Assembly: GCF_018350175.1 (NCBI RefSeq)
Contig: NC_058368.1
Location: forward strand, 10,416,001-10,480,000
Length of the DNA stretch: 64,000 nt
Source of the DNA: Felis catus
Taxonomy: Eukaryota
Reading direction: 5' to 3'
The position numbers were made by a program, and so were the translations under genes. This document shows, in pieces, positions 38,711 to 54,400 of the stretch. The notes under the pieces are model-generated. The model was given only the letters and a program-made list of their open reading frames with translations, searched no databases and was not told where the DNA came from. How positions within the stretch are numbered: position 1 is the first letter of the stretch; each line of letters starts with the position of its first letter.

Positions 38711-41620
38711 CTGGCTGTTGAACAGATAGCGAGGTTCCGGGCTGTTTTAGATGTTGTTGTTTGAGAGCAGCCGCGAGGCTTGCTTTTCAGTTCTGCGTGT
38801 ATCTCATCTTTCAAAGCACGAATGATAACACACCCTTGGGGTGTGTGTCTCTAGCCCTCCCCTGAGGAGAGAGGAGCAGTCAGGGTCTTGTCATGGACGT
38901 GCATACAGAGAAGAAAGGTCCATTTGTCCGTTGAAACCAGCAGACTTCCTAAAATCGGGAGTCCTTCACGTTTGATTGTGTGTTTTCGCACGGGGTTTCA
39001 GGGTCTCGTTCATTTTTCACTTGGAATCGGAGTTTTGCAAGTAAATCCACCGGGGGTAAAAATGTGTGTTCTGTGCCTCGTAGCGAGACACATCTCCTCC
39101 TGCTTCGAGTCTGTAAAGCCATGTGGAAGATTTATGCCATCTGTGCAGTGGGGTTTTTTTTAATAGTAAAGTTTTACTTTGCTCCAATTTTAAGTTATCT
39201 TGTGGCAAACCTTCTTGAAAGAGGCATTCACTAGTGTTTCATTAGGTGGTAGAAAGCAGGCTTCTCTGTATCGAAAACGAGATCATGGATCACGTGACTA
39301 TATTCAACTATTTTCTCTAAGTTCAATATCTTTAGGGATATAGCACCTCAAAATAGAATATCTTATAAATAGAACGAATTCAACTTAGAATTCAAACAAT
39401 GCCCAATATTTTAGAAGAGAGCAGTATTTTAGAAGTTTTAGGTAATTTGGAATCACCCCCAGTTGAAAATAAAGGCTTTACCTGCGGTTGCAGGACACTT
39501 AGCCTTAGTTTTAAATTCTTTACAGCTGCCAGATACGACAAATGCCTCAGGAGTTATAATGATCAGGGGACAGGCGATAACAATTGTTGAATGCTTTAGG
39601 GATAATAGAACCGTAACACCTTACTATGCTAAAATGGTGGCAACAGTCTCGTGCCAAATGATGGCTTGCCTTTTTGAGTGCAGCCTTCCTTTAACACTAG
39701 TTCCGCAAATGGCCCTAAGCCCTTTGTTGGAACTTCTACAAAATTCAGTCCTCATTCAACTATTTATCGAGCACCTGCTACATCCCGGCCACCGTGCTAG
39801 GTGTTGGAGAGTGAGGTAATTCTTACCTTCAGTGAAATTTCTGTTTCAGCAGTTTCTAACAAAACCTGAAAGCAGGTAGTTAGGTGCAGCAAAGGACTCG
39901 CTCTTGATTTGAATAGCATTTAAATCAGCCAAGAAGAAAGACCTGTGCTGTTTAATGAAGCTACTCGAGCAGACAGGAGCTGAGGGCTAAAGGCTGAGGA
40001 CCGCGAGCGCAGACTTTGCACAGCTTGCAGCACTGAGTGCTGGGGACTGAGGAACATTCTTGACCTCTCCTCACAGCTTCTTCCAGAGTCATGCAAGGGA
40101 GGACATTTTACCCAAGCGTGAACATTTAGCGGCTGCAAGCTGCAGGGAGCCCTTTTCCGGGGTAAGTCCTCTGCTTGTGACATGCAAAGTGCCACTGCAG
40201 TGCCAAGGTGAAGATTCTTATTGTGCTGGAACTTGAAAGTAGAACGGAAGAGGATTTTTTCCTACCCGCCCCCCTCCACCCAAGCAGCCGCATCTATTAT
40301 TATGCATCTTCTCTATTATTATGTTATCTATTATTTATGCATCGTTGTCTGTTTTGACAGGAACAAATCTCTGCCTTTCTGATTGCAGAAGAATTACATT
40401 TTAAGATCTAAAAGTTATTTAGTGGGTTGCAATAGGTAATTTAGAGATTATAGCAAATGTCCAGAATTCATAGGTCTTTCTTAAAAGCTGGCGAATAATG
40501 AATAAAATGGCGTGCTTTGGTATTTTATATACAACGGCTGTCTGACTTTGAGTTTGTTGACACGCACAGCCAGACACTTAGATTTGGCATTGCGTTGGGA
40601 GTTTTTGCATACATTTTTATTTGGGCTGGGAAAAAGGAAAAAGAGAAATGATCTGATAAAAGTCTCAAAATACTGACCTGAAGATTTAAATTCTTTGCGG
40701 TGGAGATTCTTAATAAATTACCAGGGTTTAAAATCTAGATATGATTTTTTTTTCTATTAAAAAACAGAAACCTCTTCTCAAAATTTAAAGATGCACAGCC
40801 AGTAACTAAAAAATAAGTATCTAAGAAAATAATTACTTCTATATTGGGCCAAGTGAATTAATGTCACATAATCAGGCAGAATTCCATCAAGGGTGGAGAC
40901 AGGAGATGATTAAAGTTAGCTCTAAATTACAGACAACCTGGAAAGTTTTCTGTGTTCTTTTTTTAAATTTTATTAGAAATTTATCTGTTAATGATAGAGG
41001 TCAAAAATACAGTAGTGGTTCTCAATATTACTTCTTCCGCACTTTCAAAAGTACAACACAGGCCTGTTGGCTATTCAGTGCAGTGACTCTCAGTGGTAGG
41101 GTCGTGCCCTCCATAGGATTGCGTGGTTCTGTTAGGGTGTAGTTTGAGAAGCCTCCTACCCTCATTGTAAGGGAGAGAGCTTTGCATCTCAGCCAGAAAC
41201 AAAGAATATTCCCATCCCGTAGAGGTAATTTTATTCCTCACCCCTCTGAGAAGCATTTTAAAAATCCAGTTGTGAATAGTAAATGAAATAGCCTATGGGG
41301 AAAAGACGAAAATTAAACACAACAGTATTATCAGACTAGAAAATGTATCATTACATGGATGTGAGAAATGTGGAGTCACCAGGAGTGAGAAGTATTGGGC
41401 TCTAAGGTACACTAAAAATGTCTCAAGAAGAGGGTTCTATCCACCTGCTGCCCTTGACAAACAACCTGATATTTCTCAGGGTGGGAAAAGCAAGCATGTT
41501 AGAATACCTGAAGAACAACAAATAATGGTTCTCTTCCTTTATAGGTGGTAATGCTGCCCTTCTGAGATTCTAAGCTTCCTTATGTAACTGTGCCAGTGAC
41601 TGTCACTCCTCTCATTTCAG

Positions 41621-41734
41621 TCCCCATTGTAAAGCAGACCTGGGCAGGACAGGCAAGTCTCATCGAATACTACAGTGATCATGCAGAAAGTTCTATTCCT
41701 ACGGTAGATCTGGGGATTCCTAATACAGACAGAG
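41621..41734 (+). CDS. B3GLCT: B3GLCT coding exon 11 (114 nt)
   Basis: catttcag|TCCCCATT...GACAGAG|gtgagt; (I)[37 protein letters not shown]. Confidence 0.97.
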
Positions 41735-43612
41735 GTGAGTCCTTAATTCTCACTACTCTTATTCAGAATGTCCATTCTGGAAAGAGAGTAAATTAGGATG
41801 AAAATGAAATGTCTTAGAATTACTATGATTTTTGCCTTACATAAGTTTCACTTCCTTCCCTCCCAACGTCTTTGCCCAGGGATATGGACCAATTCTCTCA
41901 GATTAAGAGCTGCTTTATAAGCACTAAGAAAGGTTGGAAGTTGTTGGGCCATATCAATAGGACAGAGCATATGACAATTAGGATTACTTAACAGATTTTT
42001 TTTTATACCTTCATAATTCATTGTGACCATAATGGAGTGTCCCCAGTTAATTTATCATCTTTCCACACAAAGCTTCTCCGCATTGGATTTTAGCAGCTTA
42101 ACCCGCCAGGATTGTTCTATGCCTGCTATTTGCCAGCCCCAGAAGCTGGGAAAATAGGAACGAAGCCGATGGTTTCTGTCCTCATGAAGCTTATGGTCTA
42201 GCTCACATTTTGTGTGTAATTGTCGCGTAGTGTTCACCCACGTTTTGCACTGGTTATGTGTGGCGTAAGCTCTGTGATATTCATGTATTTTGTTAATGTT
42301 TTCATTAGTGATGATTGGTAGTGCACCGGTTTTTCTCTTCAGATTCTGGCTTCAAATTAAAAACATTGTTTATTTCAAAAAAATGCAAGTAGAAAGCTGG
42401 CCACTTTACCTGCAGACGCTCTTTGTTCATCTCACTTTTTATCTAGTGTTCCTGTCACACTCTTTTCTTCAGTTTCTGGTTCCCCATACCCTTTTAGGAG
42501 TAGAAAAAGAAGTAGTAAGTTGATTTTCTTGTTCTAAAGAGTAATTTATCTGGATTATTTCATGGTCATGTCTCTCATAATGCCTTGATTGATAATGCAC
42601 AAAGTAGAATCAGATAAGCCATTCCTGTAGTTATCAATTCTTCTGACAAGGTTACATATATTACTGAGTCTGTCTGTTGCTTTGTTTCGGAAAAATGATT
42701 TTAGACTGAGGTTTTCTTGGTTAGGCTTGCTTTTTAGATTGCAATTTAGGTTGCCTTTAATATTCACTTACTCGTGTATTTCTTATTCGATTTCTTCTTT
42801 TGTGTTTAGTCTGACATTATTATTGCTATTCCTATTTTGCCTTGCTCCAAAAGGAATTAGAGATGGCCTTCAAATAATGGTTAAAAATACCTTAAGCGAC
42901 TAAGAAAAATGAAAACAAAGGTCACATTGAGTGGTTTACTATTAGTTAACATTAGCTTGTTCTCTCTTGTGTCACCAAATATTTTGTTGCAATCCGGCGT
43001 AGATGGCTGTTTACTGATTTGAGTTCTCTTCCCAAGCATTTTATTCTTAGCTTGGGCCCCAGCATTTTCCATTAAAGCAGTGACGTTTGTCTGTTGGCAT
43101 CTGAAGAACTATAACTTAGTCCACACTGTACTTTTAGGGCAGAACCTGCCACAGTATCTAGCATATGGCAAATATTTATAAAGTCAACGATTGAAGGTGT
43201 AATATCCTGCTTTTGTACCATTGTTTCCCTTTAGTTGCAACGCTTGGAGTTCTAAAAGTTCCTTCAGAATAAGGACATCTAAGGAAAGGTACCAAGCCTT
43301 ATACTTTCCATGAGGCTTACAACTTTGTCTGGAGTGGAAATAACTGGCCCCGCCTCCAATCAGCTCAGTGACCTTGTGTTATTCCTGTCTCTGGGTCCCC
43401 TGATTTCCCATGTGTGAAGTACATGGTTTAGACTTCATGATCTCTAAAGCTCCCACATTGGTTCACGAGGCCTATGCAAATTACAGAAAGCTAATTTTTT
43501 AAGTTTCTAATTATTCCTGTGTATGTCAGCAGTTAAGCTTTTAAAACCTTGAAACTATAAACATGTTTAAAATGAGTTCTATATGTATTTTAAAGAAAAT
43601 ATTACATTGTAA

Positions 43613-43735
<123 letters not shown>

Positions 43736-43807
43736 TAAGGAGCCCTCATCAGCCTAGGGTGGCTTTATATTCTACATATATTCATATTCAGAAGCTAGGA
43801 TGGGTAC

Positions 43808-46800
43808 TTCTGCTTCTGGCCAAGATGGAATAACAGGGACTAGATTTACCCTCACGTTTGAAACAATGCCCCAAAAAGGACAAAATATATGAAACAAGGG
43901 TTTTTAAGACCCTGGACATTAGGCAACAAAGGACAGTAACCCATGAGACATATGAGACGTATGAAGTAAGTTCTATGACAGCCCCAGCTAACTGCCTTAA
44001 GAGAATGTAAATAGCTGCTGAGGGAAGGGAACCCCGTTGGAACGTGGCCAACTCCTTGAGTTGAAGAGATGATGCTGAGAGCCTGGGGTGACCGAGACCC
44101 ATTAGCTTGCAGGACAGGGCACTGGAGAGGGAGAGCTGCACAGAAAGAACACTGGAGATCTGTGGGGGCTCCCCTCAGATATTCAGTTGAGTATTGATCA
44201 GTGCATACATGTGAGGAAACTACTGGACGCTGGGGAGAGAACCAGCCAAGATGATGAGAGGTGATGGTGCCCAACACTCACACAGGGCTGAGTAGGGTAC
44301 CTATTTCTACCAGCCAGACTGGGAGACCCTGGACTCATAGGGTGTTGGGTAGAGTAGATAGATATAGAAGTATCTTGCTTTAATAGTGGGAAATAGCTAA
44401 GTACTGCTTCAGCCCTGCCTAAGAGATCTTAAAAGACCAAACTGTTTCCAGGTAACTAGTCTGCATCCAAGAACAAAGCTCAAGATTTAGAGAAGTACCA
44501 AAATATCCATCACCCAACAAGGAATCACAATGCTTGGCATTCAATCAAAAGTTCCCAGACATGGAAAGCAGCAGGAAAACGTACCCATGATGAGAAAAAT
44601 CAGTTGATTGAAATTACCCCAGAAATGACAGTGTTAACTAGTTATTTATAACTACAAGTTGTGTTAGTTGCAGCTTAGTAACTCTTACATTTATTCAAAA
44701 AGGGACATGGAAGGTATAACCAAAGTAAACTTCTAGAGATGAAAACTACTTTGTCTGAGGTGAAAAATCCATTGGATAAGATTAACAGCAAATTAGAACT
44801 TGGAGAAGAACGTATCGGTGAACTTGTGAATATTGCAATAGTAACTGTCCAAAGGAAACACAAAGATAATTCAAAACCAGTGAACAGAACATCACTGCGG
44901 TGTGGGACAATTTCAGGTGGCTTTGTATGTATGCAATTTGGAGTCCCCAGAAGGGGCATCTGACAAATATTTAAAGAAAGATTTTCAAATTTGATGAAAA
45001 CTATAAACCAACTGATCCAGACACTGATTCCAGATCAGTGAACCCCAGACACTACTGTGAGTGTCCAAATGGAGCACAATCACCTCCAAGAATGGACTCT
45101 TTCAGTAACATCGTGTGTAGCATTTGTTAAATCTCTACTTCACTTGTGTCATCAGTCCTCAGTACAGTCCTGTTTTGCCACATGTTCATTTAGAGTTTCT
45201 TTTTTTGTTCATCTTTACCAGCAATAATATCTAATTGCCTAGTGAGGTCTTAAACGTGTTTTAGTTTGAGCTTGTCACCTTTTCCTTGTGAGACTCTCCA
45301 ATCATCCTCAGTTGCATGAACTCTTCTGGCTTCTCCTAAGTCATGAAGCTGAATAATTACAAGACTGAGAGGTCAAAAATTCAAAAACTAAAAAAAAAAC
45401 TAAAAAAAAAAAAAAGAGGACAAGAAAGGGAAAAAGCAAAACTAGAATTTTAGACTCAGGAAAGAAAGAAAAAGGCAAATTCATCTCTGAAGTTATGACC
45501 AAAACATCCAGAAGTCAACAAATTCAAATGAGAATTTAACAAGAGACATGGATAAAAATTAGGAAAGCATTCTAGAAAATGAAAATGGGGTCTGTTAGTT
45601 AAAAGGGTGAGAAAAAAAGGGGTTAAAATGAACACGTACTGAGGCCCAACACCTGTATAATTGGAGTTCCTGATTGAAGAAAATAAAACATAGAAATAAC
45701 ACTTAAATTACCAGAAATAAAAGAGGACCTTAATGTATATATTAAAAGGGCCTACCTGGTAGGTGCCACGGAAAATTCACCTGGGATCATCAACCTCTTC
45801 CCATAGCTGGACAAATCCAGTAGATTTTGATAACGTCCTCTGAGTCTTGTGGCAAAATGATGAAAGAGCAAGAAAGTAAGACTGGCATCAGAAACAGTAG
45901 AGGAACATGTTAAACTCAAAAAATGGTGAATCATAAATTTTATATGAAGCTAAGATGCTCTTCAGTATCAGGAAATTTCTTAATGTCCACCAACTAAATG
46001 AGTAGTGTGCACATGCATCCTTCGTGGGGAATGTATTAGAGAAAGAACTTCATGCAGACAAGAGAGATGAAATTTGGGCAAGAGGACTGATGGTGAATAT
46101 TTCATATATTTAACTGTAAAGTTAAAACAGGGTTGGGGAATAGGTATATAGGTAGGGGAATGGTATATAAATATGCTATGTTTTGACAAAGTAGAAAGTA
46201 TGTAACTTTAAAAAAATGGAAAGAAAAAGGAAAGTAGGATCAGATCATGGCTTATTGTATAGCTAGTAGATGGGATTCAAAGGATACCGTGTAAAACTGA
46301 CAGATCTTAATACTATTAAATAGGAAAAACACAATAGGCATAAAAAGTTAAACACAAGATAATGGGGGGGAAACTTCCAACACCAAGAATATTTTTTAAA
46401 GCAAAAAGTAAAGAAACACAGTAAATAGTATATGTATAATTCAAACCCAAAGTAATTTCAGTGTAGAGACCAAATATTATGAGTTGTGTCACTAAATGTG
46501 AATGGGTTTAACTTGCCTAAGAACTTTCAGATTGGTTCATAAAACAAACCCCAACTCTACACTTTTATAGAAAAGACATACACAAAACAGTCCTTCAAAA
46601 GTCCAAAAGGGATGGATAAAGAATTGCCAAGCCAATGAGAATTAAAAAAATTCAATTCCCAACTCAAAAAAAACCAGAAAAGAATAAAAAAGCCAACCCA
46701 AAAAAGCATATGGAAGGAAATAAGAAAGATACATGTGGAAATGATGAGGTAGAGAAAAAGACCAAATTAATGAATGAGAATTTTGTTTCTTTGAAAAAAT

Positions 46801-48464
46801 TGTATTGAATGCTTTTCTCATTTAATGGTATCTATTGCCTGGAAATCAAAGTGCACAAGAATATATTTAGGAACAAAGGGGAAATAAACATGCCTGTGTC
46901 CCCTTATCTTTCCATAAACAAAATGAGGGACGGTTGAACCATGAGGTTGGTTTCTAAAAGGACTGGGTGGAAGAAGAGGATAGATGGAGTAGGGGAGGGT
47001 ATGACCCTACTGAATTTATCTTTTAATTTAGTTGACTGGGAAAGCATGCTCATATTTTACTGATCTGAAAATAAATCAGTAAGGACAGGATTAAAGTCAG
47101 TAAGGACGGAGAGCAAGCTGAAACAAATGGACCCGACTGTGTTTCGAATGAAAACATAATCCCACTGAAGGAAAACTATAACTGATGCAAGTAACAGTGG
47201 AAGACCATATTTATAAGTGTACCTTACTCACGTGTGGGAAGAGGTGAGGAATGGCAGACAAATCCTGAATTTGCAGTTAGTCTGATTTTTTTTTGTGGTG
47301 GTGTGGTAAAGCAATTCTGCAGTTTTTTTAGGTACACTGGAGGATTGAGCAAATGGCGTTGGAACCTAGGGTTGTGCAAGAAGGAAATTGTGCAAGAAAG
47401 AAAATACGGATATGGAATCAGGCAGGTCAGGAGGTCTATGAGAGGAGATTGGAAGTGGAGACATTTCTCACAACTCATAAGTTTTGTCAGACCCATGATT
47501 TCTAAAGTATGTGTATGTGTACATGTGAGCTTCCTAGTTCTTTCTAGAAAAGAAGACTAGAAGCAGATATCCCAGTAGCACTGACCAACTAGGGAGCGCT
47601 GTGGTGCCGGCTGCCCCACTGAAAGGAACCAGGCCTTCCCCGAGAAAGTGTGGATTCTAATGCTGAGGCAAGAACATTTGGAACATTCTACACCCCCCGC
47701 CCTTACTTTCTGGTATAAAAAGAAAAGTGTGTTTTAGGAGGACAAAGAAGCAGGCTAGAGTGGCTTCCCATTGGCCAAATTTTGGATAAGCATCATATAA
47801 TTAAGGACAATAAAAAATTATGAACCATTAAAATTAGGAATCCATGAGTTCATGCTTATAAGAAATAGAAAATAGGTAAATAGGTAAAAATAAATGGGGG
47901 AGAAAGGTGGTATCTTAGAGTGGGCACCGTAACAGAATATCATAGGCTGGGTAGCTTAAAACAATAGAAATCTATTTCTCACAGTTGTGGATGCGGGGAG
48001 GGTCCAAGATCAAGATACTGGCAAGGTAGGTGTCTGAGGCCTCTTCTCTTGGGTTTCTGTGTCCTCACATGACCTCTTCTTTGTGCTCCACGGAGAGAGA
48101 GCTCTCCAGCGTCTCTTCTTACAAGGACATTAATTCTATTGGATCAGAGCCCTACCCTTAGGACCTTATTTCACTTTACCTCCTTAGAGGCCCCATTTCC
48201 AAATATAACCACACTGGGGGCTCTGGCTTCAACATACAAATTTGGTGTGGGCACAATTCCATCCCTAGCAGGTGGGCTGTTGCTTGCAGGATAATGAAGA
48301 GTTGTGACTGGTAAATGTGGGGGTCGTGATGGGGTGGGAAAAGCCATCACTTTGTCACCATCATAGTAAAGATTAACAATCATTAATTGACGCTGAACTA
48401 CGGGTACGTTTTAATGAGGACAGGATATTTGCTGGTGTTAAAGCGTCTGCCCGGAGACTCTCGG
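43808..48464 (+). mobile_element. Cluster of ancient sense L1M fragments (5' end, ORF1, ORF2 start, L1MC-like 3' region)
   Basis: ttctgcttctggccaagatgg 5' end; ORF 44739-44963 is ORF1p-like (EVKNPLDKINSKLELGEERIGEL...FGVP); ctaaatgtgaatgggtttaac endonuclease start near 46490. Confidence 0.7.
47908..48270 (-). mobile_element. MaLR solo LTR (MLT1A-like)
   Basis: ggctgggtagcttaaaacaatagaaatctatttctcacagtt...ccaagatcaag...cttcttacaaggacattaat...gcttcaacatacaaatttgg. Confidence 0.85.
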
Positions 48465-48480
48465 AAATAGCAATGGAAAA

Positions 48481-51400
48481 GCGTAAGATGTGCGGGTGAC
48501 ATAGGACCCCCAGCTCACCTTGTCGTGTGGCTACACCTAGATACCACCCATGTCGACATAAATAACCCAGAAAAGGACCCAACGGCTGACAGACCAGAAT
48601 CTTCACAGCTAAACATGAAGAGGCCACAACAAAAATGGTAGGAAGGGTAGAGATGCAGTCAGGACCCAAGCTGACCAATGGGGCTGTCCATGGGAGGGCC
48701 ACTACAAGCATGGAGAAGGGAGAGGAACAGACCCCACCCTGGGCACCCCAGTATGAAACTACCTGCACTGGGAAGATGAATCCCCAGAACACTTAGCTTT
48801 GAAGACTAGAAGGGATCAACATGGCCTGTCTTTACAGTCAATGGGGCTTAACACCTGGACCTTTACATTTCAGAGGCTCAGCCCTGGGAGAGCTGGAGGG
48901 CTATTCATAGGAAACCGAGTCCCCACCCTTAAGAGACAGCATAGCAGCCCCACTGAGATACAGCATAGAAGCAGCAGTGTGAAAAACACCTGGGAGAGAG
49001 AGATTTATTAATCTCAGGATGTGTGCTGGAGGGGCAGGGATCTTTAGGAGACTTCTCTAAGAACAAAAGAGTTGGCAGCCACCATATCCCTCCCCGCCCC
49101 CCACCCCACCAGCCTAGACCCATGGACGTGTGCAGAAACCAGCACAGTGTGTGTAGTTTGCTAACCATCTGCCAGCCCTGTGCTTTTCTGCAGACGGTCC
49201 CTCCAACCAGGCCTTGGCAGGAGTTCTCTAAAACAGCACCAGGTCTCCTCCCATAGCAAACTGGAGTAGACCTCGCTAGCAGTGTAGATGCACCCCCTCC
49301 ACCCAGCCCACGGCAAGCCCATCCAAAGTGGTGCCACAAGCCTGGAAGTGTGCGAGCAGCCCCAGTGGGGGCCGGCACCACTTCAAGGTGACTCCTGCCC
49401 CTGGGAGAGGGTCAGATAAAAACACACCAGTTCTACTGTGGTCCCAGCAGTGGCCTGGGGACAGGCAAATGGTCTGTGGGCCCCACCCACCAATGGCTTC
49501 CCAGGGGACGATACAGGGAGAGTGGCCTGTAGCTCAGTGCTACTGCATCTCTGGCAAATCCCTGGTCTGACCCAACTCATGCCTAAGGCAGCCCCAGACT
49601 AGCCCATTAACAACTGAGGGACCAAACCCTGCCCACAACAAACAGACAACTGGGCTGAAGGCAAAAGCAGCTCAGCCACAACAATACGGTGCATACAACA
49701 CACAGAAGAGACAGCCCTGAAGTTCAAGGTTCTGCTGAATAGGGGCACTGCACTACAGTGTGCCACAGGACCTACTCTTCATAAGGCAACTACTTTCAAG
49801 ATCAGGAGATATAACTGTATTTCCTAGTACACAGAGATAGACACAGGGAGTTAGACAAAATGACACAGGAATATCTCCCAAATCAAAGAACAAAATCCTA
49901 GCAAGAGAGCTAAATAAAATGGAGATAAGTAATACGCTTAGAGAATTTAAAGTAATGGCCATAAATATATCCACCGGACTAGAGAAAAGAATGGAGGAGC
50001 CCACCAAGACCCTCCACAGAAAGAAAACAAAGAACCAGAGATGAATTCAATAACAAAGTGACAATACACTAAATGGAATAGTAGACTAGAGGAAGCAGAA
50101 GAATGGATCAGCAACCTGGAGGACAGAGTAACGGAAACCAACAAGTTGAACAGGAGAGAGGAAAAAATAAAATAAATGAAGGTAGCTCCGTGACACCATC
50201 AAGTGTAATATTCACATTATAGGGATCCCAGAGGGAGAAGAGAGTAAAGAGGGCAGAAAATTTATTTGAAGAAAGAATAGCTGAAAACTTCCGTAATCTA
50301 GGAAACAAATCCAGAGGTACAGAGAGCCCCCCCCAAAGTCAGCCTAAAGAGGTCCACACCAAGATACATAGAAACTAAAATGGCAAAAAAGAGAATTTTA
50401 AGAGCAAGAGAAAAGAGTGACTATATCATGCCACTCCCTTCTGGCCTGCAAAGTGTTACAAGAAAACAACAACAAACCTTCAGCCAAGAATACTCTGTCC
50501 AGCATGGCTGTCTTTCAGAATAGAAGGACAGATAAAGAGTTTCCCAGACAAAAGTTAAATGAATTCATCACCATTAAACCAGCCCTATAAGAAATGTTAA
50601 AGGGCATTCTGAGTAGGAAGCAAAGACCATAAGCAGGAGTAAGAAAAGTAGGAAACACAAAAGTAGTAAAATCAAGTGTGTATATTAAAAAGAAAAAGTC
50701 AAGAGATTAACAACAAAAATGGATATTAAGTATTCTTATACTATAGGCCTGAAATTGGGGAGGGGGGGGGAGTAAAGATTTAGTGCTTCTAGAACGTGTT
50801 CAAACTTAAGTGACCCTCAATATAGACTGTTCTATGCATAAAATGTTATACATAAACCTAATCAAATAAATTAGTAATGGATATGCAAAAAATAAAAGAA
50901 ATCCAGGTGTATCACTAAAGAAAGCTAGCAAAATGTTAGAAGAGTACAAGAAAAGAAAGGAACAGAGAAGAACTACAAAAACAACTATAAAACAAAATGG
51001 CAGGAAGTATATATCAATAATTACTTTGAATGTAAATGGACTAAATGCTCCGATCAAAAGACACAGGGTGACAGAATGGATAAAAAAACAACACCCATCG
51101 ATCCGCTGCCTACAGGAGACTCATTTCAGACCTAAAGATACATGCAGATTCATAGGGAAGGGCTGGAAAAGCATTTATCATGAAAATGGAAGTGAAAAGA
51201 AAGCCATGGTAGCAATATTTGTGTCAGAAGAAAAGACTTTGAAACAAGGACTGTAACAAGAGACCAAGAAGGATACTACATGATCATAAAGGGAACAATC
51301 CAACAAGAAGATGTAACAGTTGTCAATAGTTATGCATCTAACATGGGAGCACTCAAATATATAAAACACCTAGTAACAAAGGAAGTAATTGATAGCAATA

Positions 51401-54400
51401 CAATGATAATAAGGACTTAGACACCCCACTTACATCGGTGGGTAGACCATCCCAACAGAAAGTAAGTAATCAGTGGCTTTGAATGACACATGGACCAGAT
51501 GGATCTAACTGATATATTTACAACATACTATCCTAAACCAGTGGAATATGCATTCTCCAAGTGCAGATGTAACATTCTCCCGGATAGCTCACATGTTAGG
51601 CCAGAAAATAAGCCTCAGCAAGTTCACAAAGATTCCAATCATATTCATCTTTTCCAACCATAATACTATGAAACTAGAAATCAACCACAAGAAAACAAAA
51701 TCTGGAAAGAACACAAATACATGGAGGTCAAATAACATGCTACTAAACAATAAACAGGTTAAAAACAACAAAAAAAAGTAAAAATATACATGGAGACCAT
51801 TGAAAATAAAAATGGTTGGGGTACCTGGGTGGCTTGGTTGGTTAAGCATCTGACTTTGGCTCAGGTCATGATCTCACAGTCCATGAGTTCAAGCCCTGTG
51901 TCAGGCTCTGTGCTGACAGCTGAGATCGGATTCTGTCTGTCTCTCTCTTTTTCTCTGTCTCTCCCCCGCTCGTGCTCTGTCTCTCTCTCTGTCTCTCTCA
52001 AAAATAAACAAACATTTAAAAAAAAAAGAAAAATGGTGGTCCAAAATCTTTGGGATGCATACAAAAGCTGTTCTAAGAGGGAAATTTATAGCTATATTGG
52101 CCTAACTCAAGAAGAAGAATCTCAAACAATCTAACCTTATAGCTAAAGGGGCAAGAAAAAGCAAAATTAAACCCCAAATTGGTAGAAGGAAATAATAAAA
52201 ATTAGATCAGAAATTAACAAAATAGAAACTAAAAACATAGAGCAGATTATCAATGAAATCCAGGAGATGGTTCTTTGAAAAGAATAAAATTGATAAACCT
52301 TTAGCCAGACACATGGAAACAAACAAAACATCAGACTCAAAATCAAAAATGAAAGAGGAGAAATGACAGACTATAGAAATACAAAGTATTATAAGAGACT
52401 ATTATGAAAAACCATATGCCATGCTGAACAACCTAGAAGAAATAAATTCCTAGAAACATACAACCTCCCAGAACTGAATTGGAAAGAAATCGAAAATTTG
52501 AACAAAGTGATTACCGGCAAGGAAATTGAATCCCAACAAACAAAAGTCCAGACCCAAATGTTGAATTCTACCAAACATTTAAAGAAAAGTTAACACCTAT
52601 TCTTCTCAAACTATTCCAAAAAATAGAAGAGGAAGAAAAGCTTCCAAATTCATTCTATGAGGCCAGCATTACCCTGATACCAAAACCGATAAACATGCTA
52701 GAAAAAAGGAGAACTACAAGCCAATATCCTGATGAACATAGATGCAAAAATCGTCAATAAAATATCAGCAGACTGAATCCAACAATACATTAAAATCATT
52801 CACCACGATCAAGTGGGATTTATTCCCAGGATGCAAGAGTGGTTTGTATTTGAAAATCAGTAGGATATATCACATTAAGGGAAAGGATAAAAACCATATG
52901 ATCATTTCAATAGATGCAGAAAAACCATTTGACAAAGTACAACATCCACTCACGATAAAAACCCTCAACAACATAGGTTTAGAGGGACCATACCTCAGCC
53001 TAATAAAGGCCGTATGTGAAAAATCCACAACATCATACTCAATGATGCAAAACAGCTTTTCCTATAGGATCAGAAATAAGGATGTCCACTCTTGCCACTT
53101 TTATTTAACATAGTACTGGAAGTCCTAACCACAGAAATCAGACAAGAAATAAAAGGCATTCATATTGGTGAGGAAGAAGCAGAACTTCCACTATATGTAG
53201 AGGACATAATACCCTATATAGAAAACCCTAAGACTCCCAAGAAAAAACTACTAAAACTGATAAATGAATTCAGTGAGGTCACAGGTTGCAAAAATCAATG
53301 TACAGAAATCAGTTGCATTTCTAGACATTAATGATGAAGTAGAAATTAATGCCATTTATAATTGCACCAAAAAAAAAAAAAAAAAAAAAACAAAAAAAAC
53401 CAAACACCTTGGAATGAACTTAACCAAAGAGGTGAAAGACCTGAACTCTGAAAACCATAAACCACTGATGAAAGAAATTGAGGACACAAACAAATAGAAA
53501 GATATTACATGCTCAGGGATTGGGGGAACAAATATTATTTAAAGGTCCATACTACTCAAAGCAATTTATAGATTCAGTGCAATCCCTATCAAAATACCAA
53601 CAGCAGTTTTCACAGAACTAGAACAAATAATCCTAAAATTTGTATGGAACCACAAAATACCCCTAATAGCCAAAGCAATCCTAAGAGGAAACTAGAGATA
53701 TCACAATCCCAGATTAAGATATACTGCAAAGCCATAACAATTAAAACCTGTAAGGTACCGGCACAAAAATAGACACAAAGATCAATAGACGAGAGAGCCC
53801 AGAAAGAAACCCACAATTATACGGTCCATTAATCTACAACAAAGGCAAGAATATGCAATGGGAAAAAGTCTCTTCAAAAAACGATGCTAGGAAAACTGGA
53901 CAGCTAAAATAATGCTAATAATGAAATAATGCAAAAATAAGCCGAACCACTGTCTTACACCGTACACAAAAATAAACTCTAAATTAAAGGCCTAAATGTA
54001 AGACCTGAAACCATAAAAATCCTAGAAGAGAGCATAGGTAGTAACTTTTATGACATTGGCTATTGCAACATTTTTCTAGATAGGTCTCCTGAGGCAAGGG
54101 AGAGGAAAGCAAAAATAAACTATTGGCGACTTTGTATCAAAATTAAAAGCTTCTGCCTAGCAAAGGAACAATCAACAAAATGAAAAGACAACCTACTGAA
54201 TGGGGGAAGGTATGTGCAAATGATGTATCTAAAAAGGCGTAGTATCCAAAATATATAGAGAAGTTTTACAACTTAAAACCAAAACCACAAATAATCCAGT
54301 TAAAAACTGGGCAGAAGACATGAACAGACATTTCTCCAAAGAAGACAGATGGCCAGCAGACATGTTGAAAAGGTGTTCAATGTCACTAATCAGAGACATG

